Below, piece by piece: positions 36,911 to 60,858 of a DNA stretch of 64,000 nucleotides (within the stretch, counting starts at the first letter, position 1; every line of letters begins with the position of its first letter). The translations under genes and the position numbers were made by a program. A model generated the notes under the pieces. The model was not told where the DNA came from, ran no database searches, and worked only from the letters and a program-made list of their open reading frames with translations. The stretch lies in assembly GCA_003344405.1 (NCBI GenBank), contig NOWV01000134.1:124001-188000 (forward strand), given 5' to 3'. The DNA is from Trichoplax sp. H2. Taxonomy: Eukaryota.

Positions 36911-39070
36911 AAATTGAACCGACAGTTAATCCATCAACTGGCGTATTATTAAAATGAAGGAGGACACATAAAATCGAGTGTTTGACAAAAGTTGTCAAAT
37001 TGTCTTCCGTTCATCAACACTGATAACTTTTGAATCCAATTTTATACAGTCTCAGTAACAGCGGACAAGTGAATGTCATTCATTTACTACAAACAGTTGT
37101 GGTAAAACGGATCAAACTTTTGATTGCATTGGCTGGTTCCCCAATCAGTTTTATGAACTTAAGACGTCTTCATTGTCGACGTGTACATTCATTTTTCAAG
37201 TAAATTGTAAGCCTATTTTATGGGGGATAGTTTATAAAGGGAGCAATTGTACCCTATGCAAACATTCACTTAAGCATTTTTCGTTAATATTGGAGGCAGA
37301 TAAGCTATCATAAGCATACGTACGGCTGGAGTACTTTGAAAATGGACGGAAAGTGATTGAATTTTAGGAGTTTTGTCAAGTTATGTTTTGATAATATGCT
37401 GGCTTACTGATGCATTGTATACTATGTCTATAGTCAGCATAAACGTCGCATATCTGGCATTAACTGCGGACTGGCTAATATTGTATTCACCGTGAGTTCA
37501 TTAATGTTCTATTTTAGCTACAGATACCATGTTCAAGTTTGCATCTACGGATATACTTGTCAATGAAACATGATATTTCAGCGCTATTTGACGGGACGGA
37601 CAATGAAAAGGAATACTTTAAAGGTGTCTTTTTCTGTCAAAATAAAAGCGAGCAACAATCTTGGCAAATAATATCACAAGAACTTTTGTATTCATAGCAG
37701 CGCACAGGCAGCCAAACTGTTAGCAACGAATTAATTATAGATCACTTTTGCACAAGTTACCCGTAGAGAGTGAAATTGGCCACTATCTGCACTATCTTTA
37801 GTAGTAACGAATTATAAAGCATGTTTGCACTAGTATCCATCATATAGGGTTGATATTAAACTCAAACCATCATGAATGATAACGTCATAAATTATCAGAA
37901 ATAGACGAGCGCGTGTTCAAAAATATCCAAGAGGCCAAACCAGAATTTATGACAAGATTTGGAATCCATTCTAGAACCTATGCATGTTAACACATAAAAA
38001 ATGGCACTGTAACACTGTGAATTGCTAACGGATAACATTAGTCGCAATTTCCTCTATCTCCTACTATATAGCTAACTATCAATATTGGGACACTTAGATT
38101 ATGAATATACAGTACTCCTCATTTGCCAAATTACGTAACCACTAAACTTGGATTTTAAACTTTTTATTACTCTCCGCATAGCTAATGAATAAAATACTTC
38201 GTAATAATTATAATCATAGGTAATACAATGCCTTACTCTCGTCTATCGACAACTACGTCGTACAGTAAACGGTTCATGAACCCTATCTTCGCTGAGGTAT
38301 CGAATACAATATACCGGATTAAATAAAAAAAAAATTAGAGGCGCCATCTGTATTTAAATTACGGCCGTGTCTGTAGTGATAGTTTAAACAAAACGGGAAA
38401 AGTTCAAATTTAGACTCAGAAGAATAAAAACGTTTTCGTTAGGGCAACTCTTGTCAAGATGACAATCAAATTTCACATTGATAAGGAGTACATTGGTAAA
38501 TCTCCGATTCACTTTTATCTACATTTTCAACAATCTAAAGTCCAAGACTGGCATTAGTCGCTGTAAGTGGCGCATTATTTAAAGTACTATGCTGAAAACA
38601 AATTTATCTCGATCTTTCAGTCAGTACGAACTAAAACAAATACCTCCAAAGGATAGTACAGGTGCTAACATTCCTAACCGGAATTAACAGATAGAAGACA
38701 ATAGCACTACAGAGTCATGGTATGATTGTCATAAACGTTTGCACGAAGTTATCATCAGATTTATTTACTCTCTAATCTGCATTTAAAGCAGTTTAGTAAA
38801 CTCAATGTGAATCGATAGAATTTAGGTCGACTTCCTTCGCTTCCTGGACCTTATAATACATGTACAACTTAAAATATAAAATATCTCAATTTGATGAAAG
38901 AAAATTAAATAAAAAAATACTGCCGTCTACATGGCATTGTTACGTGGGATTCTTATGCCGTATTTAGTCACAATGACCTAAACTACCTTAAACCAGATAT
39001 GCATTATTTTGGCTAAGTATTCTACTGTTATATATATATAAAAATATGTTCTGTCTATATTTAAGTATCC

Positions 39071-39316
39071 ACTAGTTTCGAATATTGCCAATAATGGCAT
39101 TGAAACGCTAGCTGTAGAAGGTAAATTTGGGGAAATGCCATACTCTGTGCAGCACTGCTGGGAGCCTGTAAAACATTTGATTCTAGCTAGTATACTAGTT
39201 TTGAATATTGCCAATAATGGCATTAGATCGCTAGCTGTAGAAGGTAAATTTGGGGAAATGCCATACTCTGTGCTGCACTGCTGGGAGCCTGTAAAACATT
39301 TGATTCTAGCTAGTAT
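39071..39316. repeat. Two-copy 123-bp tandem duplication
   Basis: ACTAGTTT.GAATATTGCCAATAATGGCATT...GATTCTAGCTAGTAT at 39071 and 39194. Confidence 0.92.
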
Positions 39317-41185
39317 ACGTTATTGTTTGAATGCATAGTATATTTTGATTAATTCTAAAAGTATCGCACTAAAGTACTTCCAATATTATGCTAATTTCGG
39401 CATTTACCAGGTCATCCACAATCTCCTTAAGTAATACTGAATACGAATCATCGTCATAGAGCAATCAAAATATCGCTTCATCTAACTTTATGATACTAAT
39501 GATAATTTAAAAGAATTATTTACCAACAGATGTACTAGATTGTGATCTTTGCTCTGTAAATATACACTGTTCATAGTACTCGTATGTCGAAGGTTATGAA
39601 AAGAATTAGCATATTACCCCATTATAAATCTACTGTAAAATGGCAGGTATTAACTGTCTTTCCTAATTAATTTTTCTCTATAAAGGCTCAAAAGTCTAAA
39701 CAGCAATCATACACTTCATTAGTTGCAGCAAAGAGCGATCCTACTGAAATCGTGTACTATTGTTATAATTGATGATAGTCTAGTAGTGTTTATATGATAT
39801 AACGACATTTTTTTAATAGTTACATGCTCGTTAAAAATGAAGATCAGCTCTATGTAAGACTCATTTCTACTGCATGATTAGTTCAGTACATCCATTATAA
39901 ACAATATGATATCGATGATATTACGACGACCAGTAATTGTCACTATATTAACAAGAAATTTTAGTTTGTTACCATACTATATTGTCTAATCCATTACGCT
40001 TTAAGAAAATTTTTGTGTAAATTCAATCTATAACTTGTAAATCAAGGAATATATAAATCCAATATCATTCTGGATGAAGGCAATCTTACTATCAATACCT
40101 AGACATCAATAAATACACATAATACAATATTATCAGAAAAAGACAGACAATAAATGATGTCAAATAACCTCAATTGGTCATAATAATAGCCATAATAGAT
40201 GATAGAAAGCTACAATTAATAATCTCATAAAATATTCTTGTGAAACATTGACAAACGTTTGTTATAATCTATTCCAATCGATCGATGAATGGCATATGAC
40301 AGATGGTTTATTAACAATAATTAAGATTGTTGTGAATAGGATGAGTCTAGAAGGGGTGGAGGAAAAAGATGGATATTAATAAATAAATATAATCAAAAGT
40401 GTTTTTAGTTGTTGAATATTAAAATCATTTTTCTATTTCACCTCTATACTAGCTTCCAATCAATCGAATTGACAACTCTATATTCAATAAATGCGATGGC
40501 AAGATAAAAATAGCTATCAATAAAATAATAATAGTAAGAAAGAATGAATGATATTATTCGGATCTAATACTAACTACTGTAAGGTATTCAACAATTTTTA
40601 CTGTAATCTATAAAAAATGATACCCTATATATTTGCGTATTGATGATGCAATTACAATTCAATTGTGGACAATATATGAAAGAGATATTACCATCAATTT
40701 TTAGAATTTAATCATTCACCTGGAGAGTTAGGTTATTACCCCCCACCTCACACATTTATAAAAAACGCAATACCAATTTTTACGCAAAATTCTTTCTTTA
40801 TTTTTTAATTCAAACATTACAATATAAATTGGTACCGTATCTATTATTATTATCATTTACCTTGACGACGGCATCAACGTTTATCAACTGCTTATTTTTC
40901 TTTATAAATATAGCATATCTTAGAGATTCTTTATATTTACCTTATCGGTATAACCAATTTAGTTAGTACTGTAAGTGACTAAAAGCAATCATTTAGTGTG
41001 GCAATCTTATCGATCGTCTATACATAAAAATTGAGTACTAAGCAAATCTCATAAAGTAGTAGTATCGTATCTTATTTTATTAACCACGCTAGTTGGACAT
41101 CTAAAATAGCCAGGAGTGAATCTCCGATAACATTATTACTAATATTGGATATATCGAACTTTCTTATTTACATTTTAACACAAGA

Positions 41186-44100
41186 ATGATGAAAAATTTG
41201 AATGGTTACCAAGCCGGTAAGTTAAGAATCAAATTAGTCCAGTTAAATTAGACATTTAGGATTTAACATTTTGAAAGTTTGAAGCATAACGAGTTTCTGA
41301 TTATTGAAGTTACTTCGGAACAAGCACTATAGCTAGAGTTATTTTAATTGTACTTACAATTTATATCATAGCAATAAAATCTGTACGCAATATTTTTAGC
41401 GACGGACATTGCTCAATTTTCAATAAGTTAGGACTTTGACTTTCTTTTACTCCCCACGATATGCAGAAACATCCATACTTCTAGTGTAGTCTTGATATTA
41501 GTCGATGGCAATTATTTCGTTCGGGTTCAATTTTAAAAACATCAACGAAAACGATTGTCATATCTTATATTAAAAGTCTACTATCTAGTTTACAATGTTG
41601 AAATCTTCTTGTAACATTTATCACCAGTTACCGTACTGAAATTTATAATCAATGCTTCCGCTAGAATTTTTCAGTTTTAGTCTGGGCTAGAACCTATAAT
41701 ATTGATGTCATTTCCTATAGTGCGATGATAGCTATACAATATACTGCAATGCTATTGCAATTAATTTGTGTTACTTGCCTTTCTAACCTAGCAACCCATA
41801 CGTATAGTTCAACATTGCAAGTTTTATGGAAATATAAAATATCAAATAATTTCCAACTGTTGTTAGGGTATCCTAAAATATAGGAAAAATTGATTTTCGT
41901 AAATATCAAGATATCGAATATTATATTAAGTATTGAAAATAGCAACTGGAGATTTTTCAATTTTGGTTAGTAATTAGTGTTGCATCACCTATTGTAGAAG
42001 TATTACGTTTAAAACAATTACCAATCATCAAGAATTTTATATCGTTGAATGATCCCAGCTAGTTAAATGCTAAACTTGCTTTACTAAAAGTTAAATAGAA
42101 TATTTCATGTTTAGCTGCTAATATTAACAGTATATGATGATAGTGAACCGTCAAAATGGGAATAGAACAAGTTAATATTAAACATGCTATGAACTTTTAG
42201 CATGAATTAGTTGTAAAATGTCATTTAGAAAATAGAATTGATCAATAGTCCATTTCGATAGTATATTTTAAAAAATATGCCTTCAACAGCAGCTAGTGTC
42301 AGTAGTGTTTCTTTATAAAGTCGCAATATAGGATAAAAAATAGAACGTTTCGTTATTCATTATAGGGACAATAGTTATCAAGCCAATTTGCGATCATCAA
42401 TTTCAATTGCTTCACATTCTATCATCACGGGACAATTAAGACTGATTTATTGACATATCATCAGTAGAAGAATTTTATTTTAAGTATTTTTAAATTCAAA
42501 TTATTCCGAATTACACTTTTATATATAAAGCAAAATTTATCTTCGAAATGAAGTAGTTCTTCCAATCTTATCTGTAAACCTCCTTGTTGTTATCTATTTT
42601 TTGCTTTTAGCTTTTGTTGGTGACTACAGGATGCTAGCACGAGCGATCGATAATGGTCAGGTAAATTATTTTCTTCCCCTACATTCGTAGGAATTTTTAT
42701 GGACTTAATGAATAATGCCAATTAGACAGAGTAACATTATTGGCACTTACTGTGATATGAATTTATTGTAACCCTGTATTTGAATTAAGATGAAGTAATA
42801 ATTGTTCCAACATTAGACCTAATATCAATTAAAAATATATTTTGGTTTATTCTCCTAATCTTAATGCTATTAAAATTTATTACGATCTTAAGAATATTTT
42901 GCAATACCAGTAAGAGTAACCTTTAGCTACTGAATTCTACGTTTTTGGTTTTGATAAAAGATTATAATTTTGAGATATTGATCATGAACATAATTCAAAA
43001 TCCGAGCACCACTTTAAAATAATTTCTATTTGAAATCGATATAACATACAGAATGCATAGTATGGATAGAACGTGGAAGCAATTATATACACTTAGCATG
43101 ACTTTTTAAATCGGAAATATAAGATATACCTAGGCAAATAGTACCAATGCATTAAGACTAATACAATGCTCCAGAAATTAAGATGGCGGCTGGACTGTTC
43201 TACCCATTATTAGTGTTCAAGAGAAAAAGTTATCGTCAAATATAAATGACAGAAGTAATTCTGAATATTTAAGGGCCAGTGAAAATGGTATTTATTATTC
43301 TTCTATGAATCCTAAAGTCTTTGAGAAATGTCAGTCTAGGCTTGAAATCAAGTATTATATTTAAATGCGAATTTAAAGAACCTACACTCACTACTTTAAT
43401 AGAGCCTTAAATAATTGCTTGGCCCAGATTTGAATTTTGTTTCCGTTCGATTTTCGTTAAAGGGCATCTATAGTCATGTACGAGCGTAAGTTCTTGTCGC
43501 ATTAAATCGATCAGTAACTAAATCTAACCTATTACGAGATATTTGGACTCTGTAGCGCAGGATTATAATTCATTCTGATCCCTAAGTTATTTTCCTGTCA
43601 TATTTCGATAGTTACTAAGTCACAATTGGAATCGCCCAAGAATTGGGATTATAAATTGCTTCAACTTTGAGTTAATGAAAAGGCCTGACAAAATGTCATT
43701 AATTTTCGGAGCAGATTCTATTCCATCTTATCTTGATAACACTGCTTCATTTACTTCAGGATATGCAAAATTAATTCAGAAATGACTTTACTGCACCTTA
43801 ATAATTATGTCAGTTTCATTTTCATTTTTCATTTGAAAAATTGGCAATTGTATAACATTGGAATTTATATTTTCTTCATATTTTCTTGCCATTATATCTT
43901 AACTTCATCCCTTTCTGTTGTTACATTATTCACCCCGAGTTGCTATAGCAACGTAATGCCTAAAATTCATTCAAGTATAATCGATATCAGTGTCAAGAGG
44001 TTTCTTTCTATTAATCAGCTTTGAATGCCCTAGTATTGTCTGTGCGAGATACGGATTCAGGTATCTATTATACAGAAATAAATAACATTGACAATTTCGA

Positions 44101-46611
44101 AATTGACGTACAGAAACATATTTCGGCTGCATGTGATCATACCCTCGAATTCGTATCTACCTTTGTTTGATCCATTGATAACCGAATACTACAAATAAAT
44201 ATTGATAAAAGATGAGAGTAATTGAACTATCTAAACGTCTGCGATAAGAGATAGAATATAGCATCGTACATTATTGGGGTTAGCTTCAGAATAATTTTAT
44301 TATCGTTATCATTTATACGAAATACAAATATACGATATCATTTAACGCCAACATGTCTCAATATCCTTCGATGCTAAAATCCGTATTTAATGTATTAAAT
44401 TATTCACGACAAACAGATCTGAAATATCAATGTAATTATCTTCGTAAAAAATTCGTATAAAAGATTTGTGTAGCCAGCTTTCTAGGTGGAATGCGACAAT
44501 AGATTTTATTTTTTAATTTACTTCAATACGAATATATGTAAGATTTATACAGAAAGTTATTCTAAATTCGTGAATGCAACCTTAAACTTCGTTTTTTAGT
44601 AAGTCTACTCTAATAGTACGAAATTTGGGGCACTTTAGATGATTTTAATCTAAAAATTTTCTGTTTAATATCATAGTAGTACTATACTACTTGATATTTA
44701 CTCTATTATTAAATGTATAGTTAAATTCCTATACATGAACTACATATGCTGCATTATCAGTAAAAAGTAGCATCACTATTGGAATTTAAATTGTGTTAAG
44801 AATTCTTGGAAATGAGCTTTGTAAATAAGCAAATACAGGTGTTTTGAGTATCTTAATGTTTAATTGTTAATATCTAGTTACCTCATAGTAAATAATAGTG
44901 ACTACAACAGGAAGTATTCACTTAAATATTATTGCGGATCATTTACTAATTGAAGGTTATTAAAAAAGATTATTTTGAATATTACATTTTCACATAGTGG
45001 TTGTTAATTTCTTAAAGGATTATGTTGATCTGAAGTTAAACCGCACTTATACAGAATGTGTTGATATCATAAATGAACTGAAATTTATTTCTGACGTAAT
45101 AACAATTAGATAAACGTTGTTGTTAAACATAAGAAATATTATCTCCATTTCTGAAAATAATATTAACGAATGACATTAATGACAACAGTAATAGTAGAGA
45201 TTTCGATCTTAATTTCCCAAGTGACTGTACAAGTACGGTATAATGCTACCATAGAAATGACCATAGTATCTAAATAGCATTAAAACTATTGTTAACTAGG
45301 TTTATTTGAATTTTACTAACAGCAATTTTATCCTTCTTTTCATGGAGATCTATATTATTAGCCGCATACTTTCATAATGTTCTTACTGATTGACTGTTGC
45401 GTAGCTGTAATAGCCTCACGGCTACTACGTTACACTAACAAAGTCTCATTTTACAACAAGCATTAAAAAAACAAACAATAATTTCGGGAATAATCCAAAG
45501 TTGTGGATATTAGTAATTTTGCAGCACTTTAGTCGGTTAATTATTTGCTATAATATTAACAATAATCCGATTATTATTGAGTACCTACAGATACAGAGAT
45601 TTAGAATTACTCTTTGACCAACTTTACTCCGAATACGCTACTGGTACATTTCTACGAAAATGGTCGTTTGAACAACTGCTCCAATAATTAGACTATATTT
45701 TAAGTTTTTCTCATCTTTACATGTACTTAACGTCTTTCATGAAATATCTCTGTTCAGATTAATTACAGAATCGATTACGCATAATACCATATATTCAACA
45801 ATTCCAACTCATTTATTTAAATTTACAAATATCTTCATGAATATTTTAAGTTGTAGTAGATGACTGCTTTGAAATACAGTGACAGAATTTTGTGTGGAAT
45901 ATTCATATAAATTATTTTATATTTTATATTTAAATAATCGTTGGCATAATTGTAGACTTACAATATTTAGCAGGAATATTTATAATAAGATAGATAATAC
46001 GATTATTATTGTAAGATAATATTTTTGCCCAGAATAGCCTCTTATATTCTCCACTATTAAGGTTAAACGTCCATTCTTGATAAAATTTCTACTGCTGCCT
46101 AAAATATGAACTGACAAATGCTGATTAATTTTTAGCATCCTGACGATATAGATGAAAATGGTGTTACAGCTATGCATTATGCAGCATGCAATGGAAATCT
46201 TGACTGCTTAAAATTACTTGTAGAGCATGGAGGAGATGTAAATAAAGGTGATATGAGCTGTTGTACACCATTACATTTAGCAGCTAAAAATGGTCATCTT
46301 GTATGTGTTGAATTTTTATGCCGGAATGGTGCCAATGTACAAGCAAAATCAGCGAAGGGAAACACTCCGAAGCGGATGGCAAAATTAAATTTTCACAATC
46401 ACGTAGCGAATTATGTCGGACGCTTAGGTAATTTCTAAATATATCAAATATATACGATGATCATTATATATGCCTCATATATATAGATATATATTCGAGT
46501 ATATAAGTATTCATAGTATTATAGAAGGAAATTGTCTCATTAATAACAATTTTTAACATTTTTTTTTCATATATATTCACAGAGCAAGAGAAGCATATGT
46601 GGGAAATATAA
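41186..46611 (+). CDS. Small all-ankyrin-repeat protein, 133 aa, 4 exons
   Basis: Exons 41186-41216, 42611-42660, 46136-46427 and 46583-46611 join in frame: MMKNLNGYQAAFVGDYRMLARAIDNGQHPDDIDENGVTAMHYAACNGNLDCLKLLVEHGGDVN..TPLHLAAKNGH..GNTPKRMA..EQEKHMWEI*. Confidence 0.8.
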
Positions 46612-49600
46612 AAATATAACGATATAACTAACAGGACAGCAGTTTATCTTTATAACGCCATCTGAAAGTTATAAACTTGGACTGAGATACCGTAAACTTA
46701 GATTTAGCTTTTTATTCTTAAATATATATATATGGCAAAGTGATATCTTAAGATCATTCTTATTAAAAAATAATTAAAGTATACAAGAAAAACTTTATGT
46801 TTGGAAATTTTAATAATTATCCTTTGAATTTTGTTGAAATTACGGACATGATCCAGTTTTAATCAGTTTAATAAAAATATTATTCCATTATTGAGCCCTA
46901 AATATGTATTAATTATACTATGCTGTAAGGATCAAGGATCCCCTATTGTTCTAATAGTCTTAATTCATGTCAGTTAAGAATAATTTCCGATTGGATCTGA
47001 ATATAGGTACACTAAATCAGAAAGTACCAAGATCTGATGTAATTATATTTGATTCTTCACAACTCTCAATATAGAGTAAAAACTACACAAAACCTCTTGC
47101 TTTTTAATTCCAAATTTTATGATTGCTTGTGACTTTGTAAATATGCTTTATAATTATATTAAATTGTTTTGGAATGGAGAGCGAATAAAATAATTGTATG
47201 AATGCTGAATAATATGTCATACGATGCTATACTTTTTAATACGATCTTGGTTACTGTTAATATAATACTAAAATTAACGGGTTGTAAATCTGCAACAGAT
47301 TGATAACGGACAGTACAATTTATAATACCATCAATTCGTACGCTAATTATTATGAATGTCTAATATCTTTATAATATGAAATTACTATCAGCATCAAAAA
47401 TTGAATTTTCTATGGCGATTTCCATGCGCTATAACAATTTTAGTTGCGTGAACTTAGTAATTCCAATGCGGAGAATTTAACGAATATTTAATGGTGTGCA
47501 TTCTTACTTGAAGCATGATAAACTTTATAATAAACCTGATAACGTATAGTTCAAATTTCTTGGATGTTACAATTTGGGAATTTTGAATCGCGTACTTTGG
47601 ACTAATTTAACTAGCTGATGCGATAATTGCTTGAATATAATTAATTTCAATTACAAGTGTTATCTGAATATAGGGAAATGATTAGGCGCTCCAATAATCT
47701 TCTTAAAAACGTAAAATATATATTACATTTTACAATTTACAATCTGTAGATTTTAAAGAAATTTAAATATCTTAGGTGTATCAGTATTCTAAATTCTAGA
47801 ATAAATTCCCATGCGTTGACGTTATTGAGTCGACAATTTTATATCATCTAACCGAAATTTAGAACAGCAGCTTAGGGCACTGAATTTGTGATATCTGTCT
47901 ACATTGCTGAAGATATAGCATAATTGCAACAGCAAACTGAAAGCCTCAAGAAAACAGGAGATATTCCTAGAACAGTTTTCGATGATTTGTACGGGTTTCA
48001 TTTCCATAATTGGATACCGTAGTTATGATTCATCGATACACTTCTTTCTTTCGATCGTCCATTTTTTATTATAAAATGAGGTTATGATATGAGTAATTAA
48101 ATAAAATGCAAACATTGATATTTTAGTGGAAGTATTTCGGGACTTAATTTCGTTGTGAATGAAATAATACCCTTCTAAAAATTTGAAGAACGAAATAAAA
48201 TTTATTCCACTTTCTCCTATTCCGTATGATACAATTTAATATTGAAAGTAATAGCCGAAAAAGAATTAAAGGATATACGACATCTTAGGAGTGAATTAGT
48301 AGAAAAATTACAATCTAATTTAATTTAAATATCAAGATATTGAATGTTTAATATCACGTTGTTTTATGAAGGTTTTTAGGCAGAGTCTTCAATTTACTCT
48401 TGCCATAAATCTTTCTTCTGAGCTTCGGTATATTTCATTCACTAATGACAGCTATTCCTATGATTCAGATTATTTCTCATAAAATTTTTTAGATAAAAGT
48501 ATCCATGTTAACTAAAATAAGCAAACCGAAGGTATTTTCTTATTTAGCTTTATATGTAAATTCATCCCTTCTATTCATTTAAATCTCTTTTAGGGTAGAA
48601 CTAGCATAAACCACTTCAATCTAACTTGTAGTTATAACAATAGCTGCGATTATGTGCTATTATCATACTTTTATTAAGCGAAGTTGTATTTCTTTGACAT
48701 TATTATCATCATCATAGCTTTTCTTGAATTTGCTTGAGTATAAATATGACCCCTTTTTAGAACATAACCACCATAAACTACTGTAATTTAACTTGTAGTT
48801 TTATAGTATAGCTACGGTAATGCGTAGTTATTAGGCTTAAATCAAGCAAATTTATATATTTTGCGGATGTTACTACAGTTGTGGCATCTCTTGAATTTAC
48901 TCGGAGAGTAAGGTATGATTACTTCAGATATCTTGATAGCGTCATTATTAAGGTAATAGTGCTCACAGAAATTGATCTCTTAGAATATTGCTCAACAATG
49001 TATAAAACTATAACAACGTACTTTAACCATAAATTTATTGATTAAGCCGTGGAAAGAAAATATTTTGTTCATATTATAAACACATACACGTATAGTAATA
49101 CGATGATTATAAAATATTTCAGAAAGCGATAAGAAGATTTGAATCAATCTATATTACATATGTAAACTATTGAAGGTAAAATGATATATAATAATATGAT
49201 TTTAAAATGGCCTATAAAAGGGATTAACAATTTCTAATCAATCAATATTACATAGGCAAACTATTGAAACCGAAATGATATAGCATCTTGTTTAAAAATA
49301 TTTACATCCCCTAATCAGAGACAGAATGGTTTATGTTACATCAAATTGATAAGACATTGATAGCTATACACAGACGTTATTTGATTGATTTGTATCTAAA
49401 ATGATTCTTAGAATGTCGTTAAGATAAACTCTAACTACTATTCAGGAAAATATTTCCTAAGTTTTGGTTGATAATTCACCTATTATAATTACAGTATGGC
49501 TATTGACCAGTATATTGGCAATTTGAAGAAATGACGAAGGTGTAGTATTGAATTTAGGAGGCACATACAAAAGCCTAGTCGTTGAAAGTAATAAGACTTT

Positions 49601-49696
49601 GAATATTTGTTAAAGTAGAGTAACTTTAATGGCTTTTTGCTAACTACCGTAGATATTGTAAAGGTAGATTACAATTCGAAGTAGCCAATGGATAAT

Positions 49697-59912
<10,216 letters not shown>

Positions 59913-60858
59913 GGTTGTGTAATAAGGTTAAACTGTACTGCATCTACTTTCAATTAATACTTAAAGAAGAGTTGATCCTTAACCACACTCTGAAGGTAAA
60001 ACCACTATTTCCCTAAGACTCTTCTTAACAGGGCAAATGAATTCGTAAAGTTTATGAATGATGTCCAATTTTCAAACAGTACAATTTTATCCGTAATAGT
60101 TGACTCATTTGCCTAAAATAACATGTATATGATAGTATCATTCCGTATTATGTTATTGGATGTATAGTAGCGCCTCGAATCCGGTCAAATAGTTTAAATG
60201 GAATTTTTAACAGCGCAGGCTCTAACTATTGTTATTTAAATAGATTTAACGGTAATATCAAGTTCACGTAAGATTATTAATATTTTTGCTTTGATTATTA
60301 TGTAGATGAGCAAATATTACTTTATTCTTCATTCTGGATGATTCTGCGCTGTTTTAAGCTTGTAAACTATTTCAAAATTGCAAGTAAAGCTTACAGCGCT
60401 AAATTGAGTGTATATCATATCTTTTATTGGTAGGTCTATAAAAATGTCGTAGGCCATCATGTTAAGTCCAATTCGTTAACGACACACTGCTGCTCGTGCA
60501 GGATTATCTAATCATTATTCATTGATCAACATCTAATTCACAGCATATTCTTTACATGACAACATGCTATCACGGAAACATACTGTAGCATTAGAATTGA
60601 ACGATAGAATATGTCTAATGAAATGCACAGAACGTTTTACTACCGTTAGATGTTAAAACTAATTTAGTTTTTGCATTCATATTTACTATGCGTGTAAAAT
60701 CTACACATACACTCATATCAGCAATATACAGTATATGAGGATAAATACAGAAATCTATACTATTTCGATTGAGAACACGGCTTTGGAATTTTATTACTGA
60801 AGCTGCTTTACATGGCAAGGTAAACGTCAGCAAATGTACGTTTGAGCGTCCAAATTAT

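Noticed and set aside
37880-38700. Scattered short exon-like segments on the + strand
   Set aside because: They could not be joined into a consistent reading frame and show no recognisable homology.
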